Under the pieces are notes generated by a model, which was not told where the DNA came from, searched no databases, and was given only the letters and a program-made list of their open reading frames with translations. This document shows positions 15,706 through 29,574 of a DNA stretch of 64,000 bases, in pieces (position 1 is the stretch's first letter; each line of letters starts with the position of its first letter). The position numbers and the translations under genes are program-made. Origin of the DNA: Trichoplax sp. H2 (lineage: Eukaryota); assembly GCA_003344405.1 (NCBI GenBank), contig NOWV01000002.1, positions 186,001 through 250,000 of the forward strand, given 5' to 3'.

Positions 15706-18695
15706 TTAATTATCAAACTTTCTCTCTTTGAAGAAGTCAATATTCAACAAACAACTTGGCAAGTAATCTTGCTGGACAGGTTTATCATAGTCAGGGTTAT
15801 ACTTATAACCTTTGCCGTAACCTAATTTTTGCATTAACGACGTGGGAGCATTACGTAAATGTAATGGTACCGACGGCAGCGGGCCTTTCCATTCGTTAAT
15901 ATTTTTCTTAACTCTATCATATGCCATATAACATTCCACAGATTTAGGTGCACGAGCCAAGTACACAACCGTTTGAGCTAGATTTACCTATCATTACGTT
16001 ATCGTATTCAATCGAGAAAGTGCAATCATTATTTTTGTTTGCATACAAAGATCGACATTGTATATATATATATAAGCATATAGAATACCTCACACTCCGG
16101 CATTCCAATAAATTGACAAGCGTGATAAGCTGCTACAGCAATGAAAAGAGCTTGATTATCAGCTAAACCTGCAAATCAGAGTTAAATGTGAGCATAACCC
16201 TATCTACAGTACTCTAATAATTTGATCAATGTAAAGTTTCTTATGGCAATAGAAAAATCTTCACGTACCAACATCTTCGCTTGCAAAACGTATCAATCTA
16301 CGCGCAATATACGTAGGTTGTTCTCCTCCTTTTAGCATTCTGCACAACCAGTACATGGCAGCATTTTCGTCGCCACCACGCATTGATTTATGCAAAGCAG
16401 ATATAATATTATAATGTTCTTCTCCACTGCGATCGTATTGCAAATGAGATCGTTGTAAGCTTTCTAGTACGTCTTTCTCTGTAACTGCAATTATCGTTGG
16501 TAATCTTTCATCATCAACTACATTTCTGCAGCTATCAGACTTTTCACCATGATCATCAAGAATTTTTCCTTCATCGCCAGTATCAATCCCGCTGTCTTTC
16601 GTTCCTTCATCTGTAACACAAGAATCTGATTTGCTATTCTTTAGAATAAGTTCCAATCCCTCCTGAATACTTGATAGACGAGTGTTTAGTTCTTTTACAA
16701 GTGATGAACTTTTAATTTCTTCTCCATTCGATTGATGGTCGTCTTTTTTAGTTTCATCTACTTTGATCGGCATCACCTCATCCACCTGACTAGGTTGGGT
16801 AATATCTCTATTATTATAAATGATAATCTTCGATCTAATAGCCATTTCTAGACCATTTAAAGCTTTCCTAGCATCACCATCGCAAAAATTTCCCAAAGCT
16901 TTAAGAGCTTGATCATCCGCTTTAATTTTGTACTTATTACTACAGTAAAAAGAATTTTATTTCAAAGGATGATGGTTAGTAAATTGCTACAAATAGGATA
17001 TGTTGTAATTGTACTGTAGAACTATCAATTTCAGTCATTATTACTAATCAATTATACAGTAAAAGCGATATGTAACTCATTATCTACACCCATTGCCACA
17101 GTTGTTCATCAGTTATCTAAGATTGTGCAGTATTACAGCGTAAAATATACACAAAGTTACTAGATTATCTTTTAATAAATCTTAGCACTAATTAATCTTA
17201 TTTAACACAAACCTACCCAGTTGTAAAATCATCTAGGTCTAGATAGTCTTCAATGTTGTTTAAAGCACTTTTAAGTATAGTAACAACATTAGCTGAGCTC
17301 AGTTTTTGTAATGTAATTACATGACATCTGCTTAAGAGAGCATTATTCAAGCTAAATGAAGGATTTTCCGTAGTAGCGCCAATCAATACAATGGTACCAT
17401 TTTCAACATACGGCAGAAAAACGTCCTAACAAGTATACCAATGAACAATCCATTTCATACAGACATATTAATATCAGGCTAGTCGGTAAACAAGCTAACA
17501 TTCGAAGCTTCGACTATCATGCCATCTAACGTTGATAAATTACGCGATAGAAGAACAATTTTTTAACCTGTTGGGCCTTGTTGAATCGATGAATTTCGTC
17601 CATAAATAATATCGTTTGACGATTAAACATTGTTCTATCTTTTTGAGCTATGTCGATCACTTCACGCACTTTCTGTGTCCCACTAGAAGTGGCAGATAGT
17701 TGAATAAATCGCATGTTGGCTTTACTTTTGCCACTTTTAGCAATAATATTCGCTAAGGTTGTCTTTATAGCAGGCAAAGCAAATTAGAAAGATGATTAAG
17801 AAGAAAATGATGAACGTTAGTACGAGTGGAAAAAAATTATCGCGGGAAAATTATTTACCATCCACCTTGTATACTGTCAATATTATGAAGGATTATCGGC
17901 TAAGAAGCATGTATTGACACAATAGATGATATTGCAACATACAGTAGATTAAGATTGCATCCATCTAAATTGAGTTTTTACCTTGCCACATCCCGGAGGA
18001 CCCCAAAATATCATGGAATGGATATCTCCTGATTCGATGAGAGATCGTAGACTAGTTTTACCACCTAGTACGTCATCTTGACCGATGTAATCAGTAAGAA
18101 CGTTTGGCCTGATTTTATCAGCCAGAGGTGTACTGGATTTGGCTTTACTTTTACTTGCATTGGGGGGTGGCTGATTGCGATTATTCAATTTAGAATTGGT
18201 TATAAATACATCATCGGCTAATTCTTGGCTCGATTCCAGTTGCCATTTTTGCATTTCCTTCTTGACATTGTTAGCGGTACTTTGTGAACTACCCGTATAT
18301 GCAAATTCATTTGGATCTTGCTGAAAAAAAGATAATTTAGTTTGCCTGGTAGCGTTGTTGGTCAAAACTTCGTGATGACTATGCTTGGTTTTTTTGACGC
18401 TACTACCTATACTACTCATATTAATATTTCTTTTCTTGATCGTTTTCGATTTCAAAGTACTCTGACTGGATCGAGCACTTTGCGAAGCGGGAAAGGAATC
18501 AGTCAAGCTACTAAAGCTAGTGTTGCTGTTGATGCTATTATTCACATTGTCAGGCGTTGATGGTGGCAGATTGTTGAGTTTTTGCGATTCGAAACACCAA
18601 TTTGCATGTTGGTCAATGGTATCTCGATCGAAATACTTGTCGCAAAAGATACATTTGCAAGGGGATGATTCTCCAGTTTTACTTGATGATTGCAT
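15706..18695 (-). CDS. WRNIP1: Werner helicase-interacting protein 1 (MgsA/RarA family AAA+ ATPase with N-terminal UBZ finger)
   Basis: ATG at 18695. UBZ finger CIFC...[13 protein letters not shown], Walker A GPPGCGK|TT, Walker [55 protein letters not shown] and LARAPKS...[10 protein letters not shown]...GYGKGYKY. Confidence 0.96.
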
Positions 18696-21600
18696 TTTCC
18701 CAATTAATTGGAGCGATTGAAAGTTAACCTCTAGCACGAGAGGACCAGGTCAAAGTAATTTTTGCATAGTGCTGTAATGTTTAATATGGATAATTATTGA
18801 TTACTTTGTAAACTTCAATCAAAAGCGCCCTGCATTACCGACCAGCTCGCGATCCGACCTCTACGACATGCAGCTATATTGCCAAAGGTGAATCTTATAG
18901 TAAATCCTTTCCTTGAACTACGATATTGGCCGATCTCCGTCTGGACTGTATACTGTACAATTAATCAAAGATGATGTCATACCACAGCTTTAAATCTACG
19001 ATCTGCAAGCTCACTTTCGTACTATATGAGTGCACAAACAGTACTGCACAGCATATCCAATACTAGGGTACTCTACTCTACACAAGGAAGTGACCAGTTA
19101 CAAAATTTGAGGTAGTATGGAGGAAAAATGGAATGCACTTTCTCTATTCGTCTATATGGTTAAGGTTAAATGAAGGGAGATTACTGCTGAAAAATGTCTT
19201 ATTTCATCCTATCCTAGACATTTTTTCAATGCTGATATACTGTACTTTAGTCCTTGTTGTGTAGGAGGTTATAATTAGGATGGATTCTTTCATAAGTATT
19301 GTAATGTTGACAAGAAGGTATCAAAAATACTTGGTGTTTCTAGCGATCCATTGATTTTTGCGAAATGGAGAGAATCACTAGCTGAGGGGCCTTGATTCAT
19401 AACATAACAGGCCCATCGCATACTAGCATTGGGCGTAAAATATGCACCAGTAGCAGTATCATGGGCTATTATTAATTGTAAAAAGGATTCTGTTTGTTAT
19501 GCTTTACCTTGTGGCCTCGTTCACGTCGATATGAACAAGTTCATTTTGCAGTTTACTGGAGATGAAGGACGATGCATGCTCATATCATTATTTTTATTGT
19601 AGCTAAAATTTTTTCTTTCTTTAACGTGGACTTCAATCGATCTTATTCAGATAGGAGGTAATGCTACATTTTACTGCTGCTTTGGTCAAGTTATTTGAGT
19701 CGTCTATTAAAGACAAGATACTGGCTTGTAGGTGGGATTTATAGGCACTGTCCTTGAATTAATGAGAATGCAGATCTAGTCGACTTTTGTTCAATTCACA
19801 GTTGAAACATGGATCTTATCGAATCATTGGAGTAAATTGAAATTTGGGATTTATTGTCTAATCAGTTTATTAATACGGTAGGAATGCGACATAATCAGAT
19901 TACCCTACCATAACCGTATGCCAGATACAAAATGATATTATTGTATTTTGCAGTGACGATGATATTATCACTGAGCCCTAGTCTAGACAGGGATAAAGGT
20001 GTTTAGGCTATATTAGATTAAGTATTTTTAATACTTTAAGAATTGTCTTCATTGCAGCAGTCTTATTATTTTTTATTCTCGTATTTGGTAAGATATAACA
20101 AAGGACCTAGGCCTACATTTAAGTCAGATCGATAACTTTTATATGGGCAAACGCAGCCAAGAAAGAATGGCAGATTCACGATGGATCCAATACCTTAATC
20201 AACCTTCAATACCTAGTACTGTACTGCTACAGCATTCAGAGATCATATAATATTGCATACCGTGGTTAATTAAATAAGAAAAATATTCACTTTAAATCGT
20301 TTTACATTGATTGATTGATGATGGATAACTATGACTGAATTTATTGAACAACCATTCCGATGCAATTTAGTAGCCCTATAGTCCTACAGTATATTCATCT
20401 TCTCACTTTTATTGTCATATGAAGAATAACGAGCAAGTACAATCAGAAAAGTAAGAAAGACTTTATTTTTCTTACCTCCATAAATCTAACACTAGAAATT
20501 ACGCTGGAGGGCATGAAATTTTGTCATTTACAATTCGGTAAATGACAAAATTGACGATGTAAGCGCATAAAATGTCGACTCGTATTGTAGATAGGATTAC
20601 TACTCATACATTTATGTATTCCTAATTTGAAGCAGCAAATTGGGCCTTTAAAGTGATCACGTAGTTAGCATGGATGAAAATTAGGATGCTTTTTTCTGCG
20701 TATCGCACTTTTTTCATTCCAAATTATATTATTCCATGTAGCTATCTCGATCTCAAGAGATGTCTTCAATAGTATTATGATTCATAAAAATATTAACAAT
20801 TATTCTGTAACCATTATAAATTCAATATTGAATCAAACTATTTTTACTTTACCGTAAATGACAAGTTTATTAAAATTAAATTGTGATCGATCTCATCTTA
20901 TCACGTGCAATTAAAGTTAACAAGAGCCGCCTGAGGATTTACCGTCTCTGATGCATGACTTTAGTGCCCCGCTATTTACATTTTACTATTTACAATTAAA
21001 AGCACTGTAAACAATTTAAATCCACCTGCATTGCATTGCAATCTACAAGAACCAAATACAACATGACACACTACTCCACCCGTTACATTATATTCATAAA
21101 TAGACCTCCACTAGCATAACCTTGACATTATCAATAATAAATTATTGGCAGTTGTAGTAATGTTGTATTTATGAACAAATATTCAAACTAGGAAAGTAAA
21201 GTAAGGATTTACGTTGTCGCGATTGTAGACATGAAATGACTATAATATCGTAATACATATATAATTGTAAGTACATAACAGCTTGTATAGCAAATAAATT
21301 TTTAATTGAAAAATTCATTAATTAATTATTCCATTGAAAGAGTATTTTGAGATCAGTTTTAGTTTTATAAATACGCATATAAGAGCACGCTGCAGGTGAG
21401 CCTTAAGTCACGCTGCGTTACGTCTGGCCTTATAAATCATAACATTTAATTAATTATAATTATTATTCAATTGTATTATCAATAATCCATTGATATGCTT
21501 TAGACAGAATGGGATATTTGCAGCTATCTTAGTTAGCTTAAACATGGAGTACTAAATTTTCATAGTGTAAGAATAATAATAGTAATAATAGTTAACTGTA

Positions 21601-24600
21601 CAAACTATACATACAAAAAAATTGTAACTCCTCGATGAACGAGCTCTTTTGGACAAGAACTGATATTGAAGAATCATTTAAACTTAGACTGGGCCATCAG
21701 GCTCAATCAGAATTAGCAAGAGTTATGATTTTAATTTATTGTGTCAATATTCGAATGACCAAAACACTAGACATAATTTCTACAGTATACAGTATCTAGA
21801 ATGTTGACTTGCAACGCAACCATTAGTATATCGACGCCGTAAAATTAAAAGCATGACTGCAGCTAATTTTAAAATGTCTTCTTTGCCTTGCACAATCCAA
21901 TATAATACCTCTTCAACTATTTTAGTTGCCGTAGTGATATCAAATTTAGAATATCCATGCAGTAAATTAAAAGCATGATTACAACTAATTTTGAAAAGTC
22001 CACTATACCATTCACAGTGGCAACGTAAGGTGTTTGCATGCAATATTCGCTAATCACAGATAATACCATGTACTCTGTCATGATAACATAGATAAGTACC
22101 CCTCAATTCCGATCATAGCGTACATAATATCAAATTTATTTTCAATAGCTCAAATGAGTCGGTAATTATAAATATCGACTAATGTATAGATAGCGTATAC
22201 CGCATTGGACTCTTCCATCGTATCTTATTAAAAGTGATTGATGTATGCTTTTTAGTACTCAACTATAGTACACGGTTCTACATTCATTACTAATTGTTCG
22301 CGATATAGGTAAATTAATACTTACAGAAAACGTAATAGCGATAATTGCAGATCTATTACATACAGTATGTGATATGATAGGTGATCGGACTTATATACGA
22401 AGCCAGTATAATACTACCGCCTGTACTAACAACTTACACAGTCTGAAAATATTTGTACAATGCCTGCATGTACATACGAGTATATTCGTATATATTATAT
22501 CTTACGTGTTAATATGATCCTAAAGCAGGAAATAATTTAGCTTGAATCATACATTGTCCACATCAGCACTAGCATGTATTTTAGGAGGAGTGTTGTAACT
22601 TTGTTCATTATATGTAAATAATAACAACAATATTTAGCATATGTTACGACACTAATGATTACGTCTTACGTAGATATTTACGATCAAAAATAATGAAATG
22701 CTATTGTCATAATTTAGCAAAATACATCACAGTATCATATTGTGCCTAACATTACAATTAGTACGTATGGTATTATATTAAGCTGCGATGTTGGCTGTAA
22801 GTATTTTTTGCAAAGATAATCTTACGCTTAAAAAATTTCATTGCCAATATTCAAAATAGGCAACGTAGATTATCATTATATTATGGATGGTATTAGCAGT
22901 TCGAGATAACTAAAATATCGAGAACATAAGAAAAATTGAACTGTAACTTACAATACTATCCAATCTCTTTGCTTAGTTATCATTAGATTCACATAAATGT
23001 ACTAGTGTACGATTTATTTATCCTACGCTATGTATATAAAACAAGTGTAAATATTGTATTGATCTTATATAGTTCATAGTTATGATTACAAAAGCATTGA
23101 CTTCCACACAAGACATTCAGTAAAACAATGGATCAGGTCTCGTCTGTAGCATCTACGATAAAAAATGGATTCTAGTAGATTCTAATAGATTATCAATCAG
23201 GATGAAAGGTTTCTTCAGATTTTAATTTTTAGTAAACGTGTTCTGTTTGGCAAGCAAGTGCTATTGACGACAACAGTAACGCAATATTATAATGTTATTA
23301 GTTACGTCACATTATTTTTTAGACGCAATCCATATTACTAGAATACATTATAGTAACTATGACATGAAGAAGATGTCATCAATAAACTGTCGACTTGTCG
23401 TAATTTTCGTACCAGATGCTCATATATTATATGTTTAGTACTAAGGAAATTGAAGCATGATAACAGATATGAGTTACAGATATATCTAAATTGTATAAAA
23501 AATCTTGAACAATGTACTAAGTATATTGTAATATCTTTAACGATCTTGATAATAGTTATATAATAGAATTTTCATAATAATTAAAAAGCATCACTCATGG
23601 CGGATATAGAATGCTAGAAAATCAAGCCAACGAAACTATTCATTACTCTTCCGGTCATATCATTCTATCGTAATGGTAAATTTTCGAATGTTATACAAAA
23701 ATTTATCCATTGGATAGATTGAACGTGAGAAGCAGACAACTGTACGGAATGTTTGATTCACAAAAAGCGCATATGATAAAATTGTTGCATTTTCCATTTC
23801 ATTAATCTAATTTCTCAAACTTTTATAACTTTAAAAATTAATTCAATCCAATGAGAGAGTAACTATTGTATACTGTTTCGATTTTCGGAATATAGTACGT
23901 GATTTCAATATTTAAATTCTAATATAATTTCACGATATCTAAATCGAATCGTGGTTGCAAAAATAAAGAACATTCCCGACAGTAATAACCTTAAGAGTCG
24001 GAAATAAAATACGAACACATGTTACACAATTATATTGCCAATTCTGGTATTGATAGAGTAACTTGATAAGATTATTATATCGAAATTGGATCTAAAAATC
24101 ATTAACCATAATATTTTCGCCTCCTACAATGATATGCTTTGATTCAAATTGACAGCATCAACAATTTGTGCACTTTTTTTAGCCATTATTGATGTTATGA
24201 AACAGATAAACAGCCTTTAGTACACGATGTATTTAAACTGATAACATTTAATAAAATGATATTAAATTTGTTGATTTTTGACTACACTAAACAGTCTGGG
24301 TATTTCAAGCCACATAAGGATAATATCAAACAAGGTGACATAACTCCAATCGATAGTTAGCTACTATTGGCTAATGTAATAATAAACTTTTAAACCTTTT
24401 TTTATGTATTTACAAGATACATCATGGATTCTAGACGATATAATAATAATATTTTCATGGCCTACAAGACAATGTCGCTTCAGTGTCTATGTATGATTAT
24501 CATCGTTAGTTTGATAATTGTAGCTAGAAATGTGTGTCAATTTTATACTTAAATAACAATAACATTCCAAATTGAATGATAATAAAGCCAAACAGTCAAA

Positions 24601-26213
24601 TTATAAACACTTTCTATAACTTCAAAACTTGTCAACTTGATCATTCAACTTCAACATTGTAACAAAGATCTATTTTAGTGGTCAGTTGATGTTAATTATT
24701 TCAATTTTAAAAGCAATCGTTGTATGTTAACTACCGTCTGTATGTAGTAGACTTTGTAATAAGAAGCATCATCAAAATGTTATTGTGGCCGAATTTGATC
24801 TATTACTAATCGGTCTTCTAAAAATATTTGGAGAAGAGTTTCCTCCCCTTCTCTAGTTTGATTTCTGTTATTATCCATATCCAAGTCGGTTGAAAACATT
24901 GATAGATGCTGTATGAATTATCTTTGATAATGTATTTAGGTATAAAAATGGAGATCTTGATTTTATTACAAAACCATAATTAAAGATAAATCGTTATATT
25001 ATCATTATCATGGTTACTTATCTTATCTGATAAATCTATAATGACGATGATTACTAGAACTAACTTTTGAATAGGTAAATAACAACACAAGTAGGTAATC
25101 AAAACAATTAAAAAAATGGATAAAAAAATGAATTTGTATTTCCAAGTAATAATGTTTCTTCCGAAGAGAACTAGACCACTTTGCAAGTAGGTGTAATGAA
25201 TATCATCTTTTTTTGTCTTATAATAGGAAGTTGAAAATATCAAAGGTCAAATTTATGGTAGTTTATCGTTCTATAATTAGTAGTAATTGTATTAATATTC
25301 TATAGTTAGGGATGTGAATCAGCATCTGTAATTGGTCTTATTATAATCTGTCTATTCTATAATCTATAATATACTGTAATAATGTTTCTATGACTACTTG
25401 TATTAAATTAAAAGAAGTGATAGGAAAGCCTCTAGCTGATATTTAGGAGTATTAATAAACAATCTTAAAATTGTTTATGCCTACAAATTTTCTTTGGGAC
25501 TAATAATCGATTCCAGATGAATACGATAAATTGAAGCCTAGACAGACATAGACACAAATAAAAATCTCTAGTACAATTATCTTTATTTAATCGTAACTCA
25601 TCCAAATAAAAATAACATGGACTACCTAGTTATAAATTATGTCCGATTATAATTGAACATCATGTAATTGACGGCTCCTGGAGATGTATTAGTTTTGCTA
25701 GCTACCGCATAGAATGAATTTTCGATCGTTACTCTCGTAAGTTCTCACCAGGGGTACCTGAGAGTATAGCTATGCCTAACGGTAAAAGCTATTAGCATCG
25801 GTAAATAATAAATAGCCCCTATAATTACATACCATGAGGGAGGATCTCTATCAACAAAAGAAAAAATAGTTCAATAGACAACTATTGTTACTTGCCAGCT
25901 GCTTTGTATTTCAACATTAATACCACCCTTTTAGTGTCAGTAATGCTATTCCCAAATTTATTGCTTATAACCTGCTCAATTGACCAAAAGAAAAATAACA
26001 GACGTTTAGACATGGTGAGAAAAGTAAAAGCGATGTTTTTAGGGGGAAAAATGACAACTATTGTAATTCCTAGGGTATAACTGTAGCTGAATTGATGTTT
26101 CTTCAATCATTACAACATTTCCAATTTTGGGCGAAAAGCGCTACATGTCTGCTTCCATTACAACATTAAAATCAAATTATTGAAAAACGTAGTTTGATCA
26201 CTATCAACCGACA

Positions 26214-27374
26214 ATGAGTACTCCATTACAAGAAGCCAACTCTACCAATGTAACCAAAATCGATGTACCTCAAGTTGCCGCTTTTGCCTGTATCGGTACT
26301 ATTACTGTTGCAACTAATTTATTCTTATTAATTGTGCTTGTTAGTAAACGGCATTTAAGAACTGCATCTAATACTTTATTGGTTAGTACATTAATTGTTG
26401 GCATCCTTTTTGCCTTGTTATATTTAATACCGCGATGGGCTATCCCTTACACCGGCCAGTTACCCATTTTATGCGCGCTTTTGCCACCAATTGGCCAAGC
26501 ATTCTTTATTAATATTAATCTTCATGTTTGTAGTATTAGCTTAGAACGATATATATGTATCGCTAATCCATTTTTATATGATCGAATTGGCAAAAGGAGA
26601 AATTTTATAATCTTAATAATCTTACTTTGGGTTACTTCAACTATTTCTCAATTTATACCGTTATTCACTTTTAAGCCTATTAAATCAACATGTTACTACT
26701 GGGCCGACGATTTGGTTGCTCAAAGATATTTCCTTATTGCTACATTTGTCATTTTATTCTTCGTACCACTGACAATTATTGTAGTATCGTATTGCCGCAT
26801 TTACGTTATCGTTAACCTTCATGTTGCACAATTCCAACAAATAGTTAAGCAACTAAATAATAATAAAGAGAAATTAACAAAAGATAGGAAAGCAATCAAA
26901 CAAATCGTAGCCATGATTTCTGTATTTATCATCTCATTTCTACCTTTCGTAATTGAATTTTTGATCTGGCAAGATAAAGAATTTGAAGGGTCTGAAGCTG
27001 ACATTATTACTTTACGAGTAACACAATTTTTGGCTTTTAGTTATCCTGCAATTAGTCCCCTTTTATGTTGTTGGTTTAAAGCTAACCTACGTAGAGAAGT
27101 TAAACGGTCGTTACATTTGTGTTGGCAACGGAATGATAGTACTAGTACAACGACTGCTAACATGATTAATTACGAAAGCCGATACAGAACTATTGATTTT
27201 AGTACTCGTCCTTCAATGGCCTTACTTCAAGAAGAAGCTAAAAATGGTAAAAAATCGTTACCAGACTATAGCGAAGCCAATGAAACCCATAGTCCTTCAG
27301 AGAAAAGTGAAGGAAACGATGATAGTTCAAGGAATCAAGATGTCAAAGTCATAAACAATTCCACTATAGTTTAG
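26214..27374 (+). CDS. Intronless rhodopsin-class (class A) GPCR, 386 aa, orphan
   Basis: Single ORF with seven hydrophobic segments, N-terminal sequons (NST, NVT), TM1 Asn, the TM3 ISLERY motif, the TM5 FFVP...SY motif and TM6 FLP. Confidence 0.93.
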   Translation: MSTPLQEANSTNVTKIDVPQVAAFACIGTITVATNLFLLIVLVSKRHLRTASNTLLVSTLIVGILFALLYLIPRWAIPYTGQLPILCALLPPIGQAFFININLHVCSISLERYICIANPFLYDRIGKRRNFIILIILLWVTSTISQFIPLFTFKPIKSTCYYWADDLVAQRYFLIATFVILFFVPLTIIVVSYCRIYVIVNLHVAQFQQIVKQLNNNKEKLTKDRKAIKQIVAMISVFIISFLPFVIEFLIWQDKEFEGSEADIITLRVTQFLAFSYPAISPLLCCWFKANLRREVKRSLHLCWQRNDSTSTTTANMINYESRYRTIDFSTRPSMALLQEEAKNGKKSLPDYSEANETHSPSEKSEGNDDSSRNQDVKVINNSTIV

Positions 27375-28799
27375 ACAGCATTCCGATATTGTAATACCTT
27401 AGCATTACCCCATGTTGCTTTCGTTAACCTTGGCACCAATGATGGTTATAGATATTGTATCAAAAATTATTCTATTCGCTTTCAGAGAAATTAAAGCTAG
27501 TCAAGATCATATAATTCTTGCTAGATAGAAAGCGCCTTATACGATGTTATCAGTCTGATAGCCTCTGTAAGTTATACTCGTATTATCGTGTTCTTATATG
27601 ATATGGTTGATATAATCTAATTGACTGTAGATGGCTAAATGTTGGAGTTGATAATTTATAATCTATTTAAAATTTTTTGTCCGAGGTTAAATCGTGACAA
27701 CTATTTTATTTTATGCTTATACTTTCCGCCAGTAGAAATTAAAAATTGTGTTATGTTAATAATTTCAACATTACATGATCAGTTTAGGATTTGTCTAATT
27801 TGAGTTTTAACGTTATGTCGAAATTGTAACGTATCAAAATCAAATTAGACTTATTCTATCAATTTCATATTACTGTTGAATATTGACACACTACAGGTCT
27901 TTATTCAAAATATAAGTATTGCTAGGATGCAATTTAATTCTGATTATCTGGCGTCATAATTACATAAAATTGACCCTTCGGTAACTATTGCATCACTCAG
28001 TAGGAGACTTTTAAGAAAATGTAAATAATGAATCGTATGAGCTCCCTATTAAATTAATAAATTTTTAAAGATATTTTTTTACATTAAATTTTCTTAATCA
28101 GACAAACATCAGCTTTATCATTTCTACTTGAAAGTTTTAAAGCGTGTCTTGATTGAAACCTACAATTATCACGATCTTATGCTGTAAAAGTATTGCTATT
28201 GATAATTTTAGTCAAAATGATATTGTAGTCAATCCTGATTATTGTCTTGCTATTTCTTGTATCGTTTAAACGGTATATTGGTCATATAGCTAGCTAAATT
28301 ATTGTATTATAAATGATATATATATGTATACTGTATAATATTAATAATATAATCCTTCAAGACAATGTAACTGTCTACATAAAATGTGAAACATTTCCGT
28401 GAGTCTATAATAAAAAATTTCATATTCATTTCTTTTATACTCGACCATATAATTATCATTAACTGGTTATCTTATAATTTAATGGGGCGCTAAATGGAAA
28501 TTTTTTATCTACAGCAGCTTGAACATGAAACGGTTGTATGCCGTAGTTTTTGCTATTAATCAAATATTCTAGTCTTATCAGACAAAGTATGAGAGTATAA
28601 TAGGGTAGATAGGCAGTTTATCTTTTGGTGTTACTGTTTATATATGTATTGTACGCTGGTAAAGAAGGCTAACAATGTTATAATCGTTATTTCAGTTCTA
28701 CACTATTTCAATGTCGTAAAGTACCTTGATCAATAATTTATTCCTGGGAATATAATACCGGATGCAGCCTTCTATCCCTCGTACTATATTATCTTGACA

Positions 28800-29574
28800 C
28801 TTATAAATTATTTGAAATTGTATATATCAGTCGATGCTATTTTAGAAGCATTCATAAAAAACCTCAACGCTAAGTGAACTCATTATAATATATGATCAAT
28901 TCTTAATTATGAGTTATTAATAAATTTTTATTTACGACTAATTATACTTTACTATACCTATTAAAATTAAAACGTTGATCCTACTTAAAACCTTTCATGG
29001 ATACACGTTATATTAATTACCCTTGAGAAATTCTATTGTTCCACATTTGGCATAATTGCCCTTTCTGATGATATGGCATACAACCTTCTTATTTCTCTTA
29101 CCAAAAGAATGATACTATCCAATTTAATTAATCGTTCTCTTGGAACTGTCATTATAAGTATTTATATCATCAGTTAGATCGATTGACAAATTATGGTTAT
29201 TATCGATNNNNNNNNNNNNNNNNNNNNCTTATAAATTATTTGAAATTGTATATATCAGTCGATGCTATTTTAGAAGCATTCATAAAAAACCTCAACGCTA
29301 AGTGAACTCATTATAATATATGATCAATTCTTAATTATGAGTTATTAATAAATTTTTATTTGCGACTAATTATACTGTACTATACCTATTAAAATTAAAA
29401 CGTTGATCCTACTTAAAACCTTTCATGGATACACGTTATATTAATTACAACCTTCTTATTTCTCTTACCAAAAGAATGATACTATCCAATTTAATTAATC
29501 GTTCTCTTGGAACTGTCATTATAAGTATTTATATCATCAGTTAGATCGATTGACAAATTATGGTTATTATCGAT
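28800..29574. other. Assembly gap (20 N, 29208-29227) flanked by near-identical copies
   Basis: 28800-29207 is repeated at 29228-29574. The copies differ by a 61-bp indel (29021-29081) and two substitutions. Confidence 0.9.

Noticed and set aside
21842..22000. Two similar ~37-bp blocks 122 bp apart, overlapped by an 87-aa ORF
   Set aside because: Short local duplication with no recognisable protein or element features.
24980..26106. Short hydrophobic ORFs upstream of the GPCR
   Set aside because: AT-rich chance ORFs without homology or convincing splice structure.
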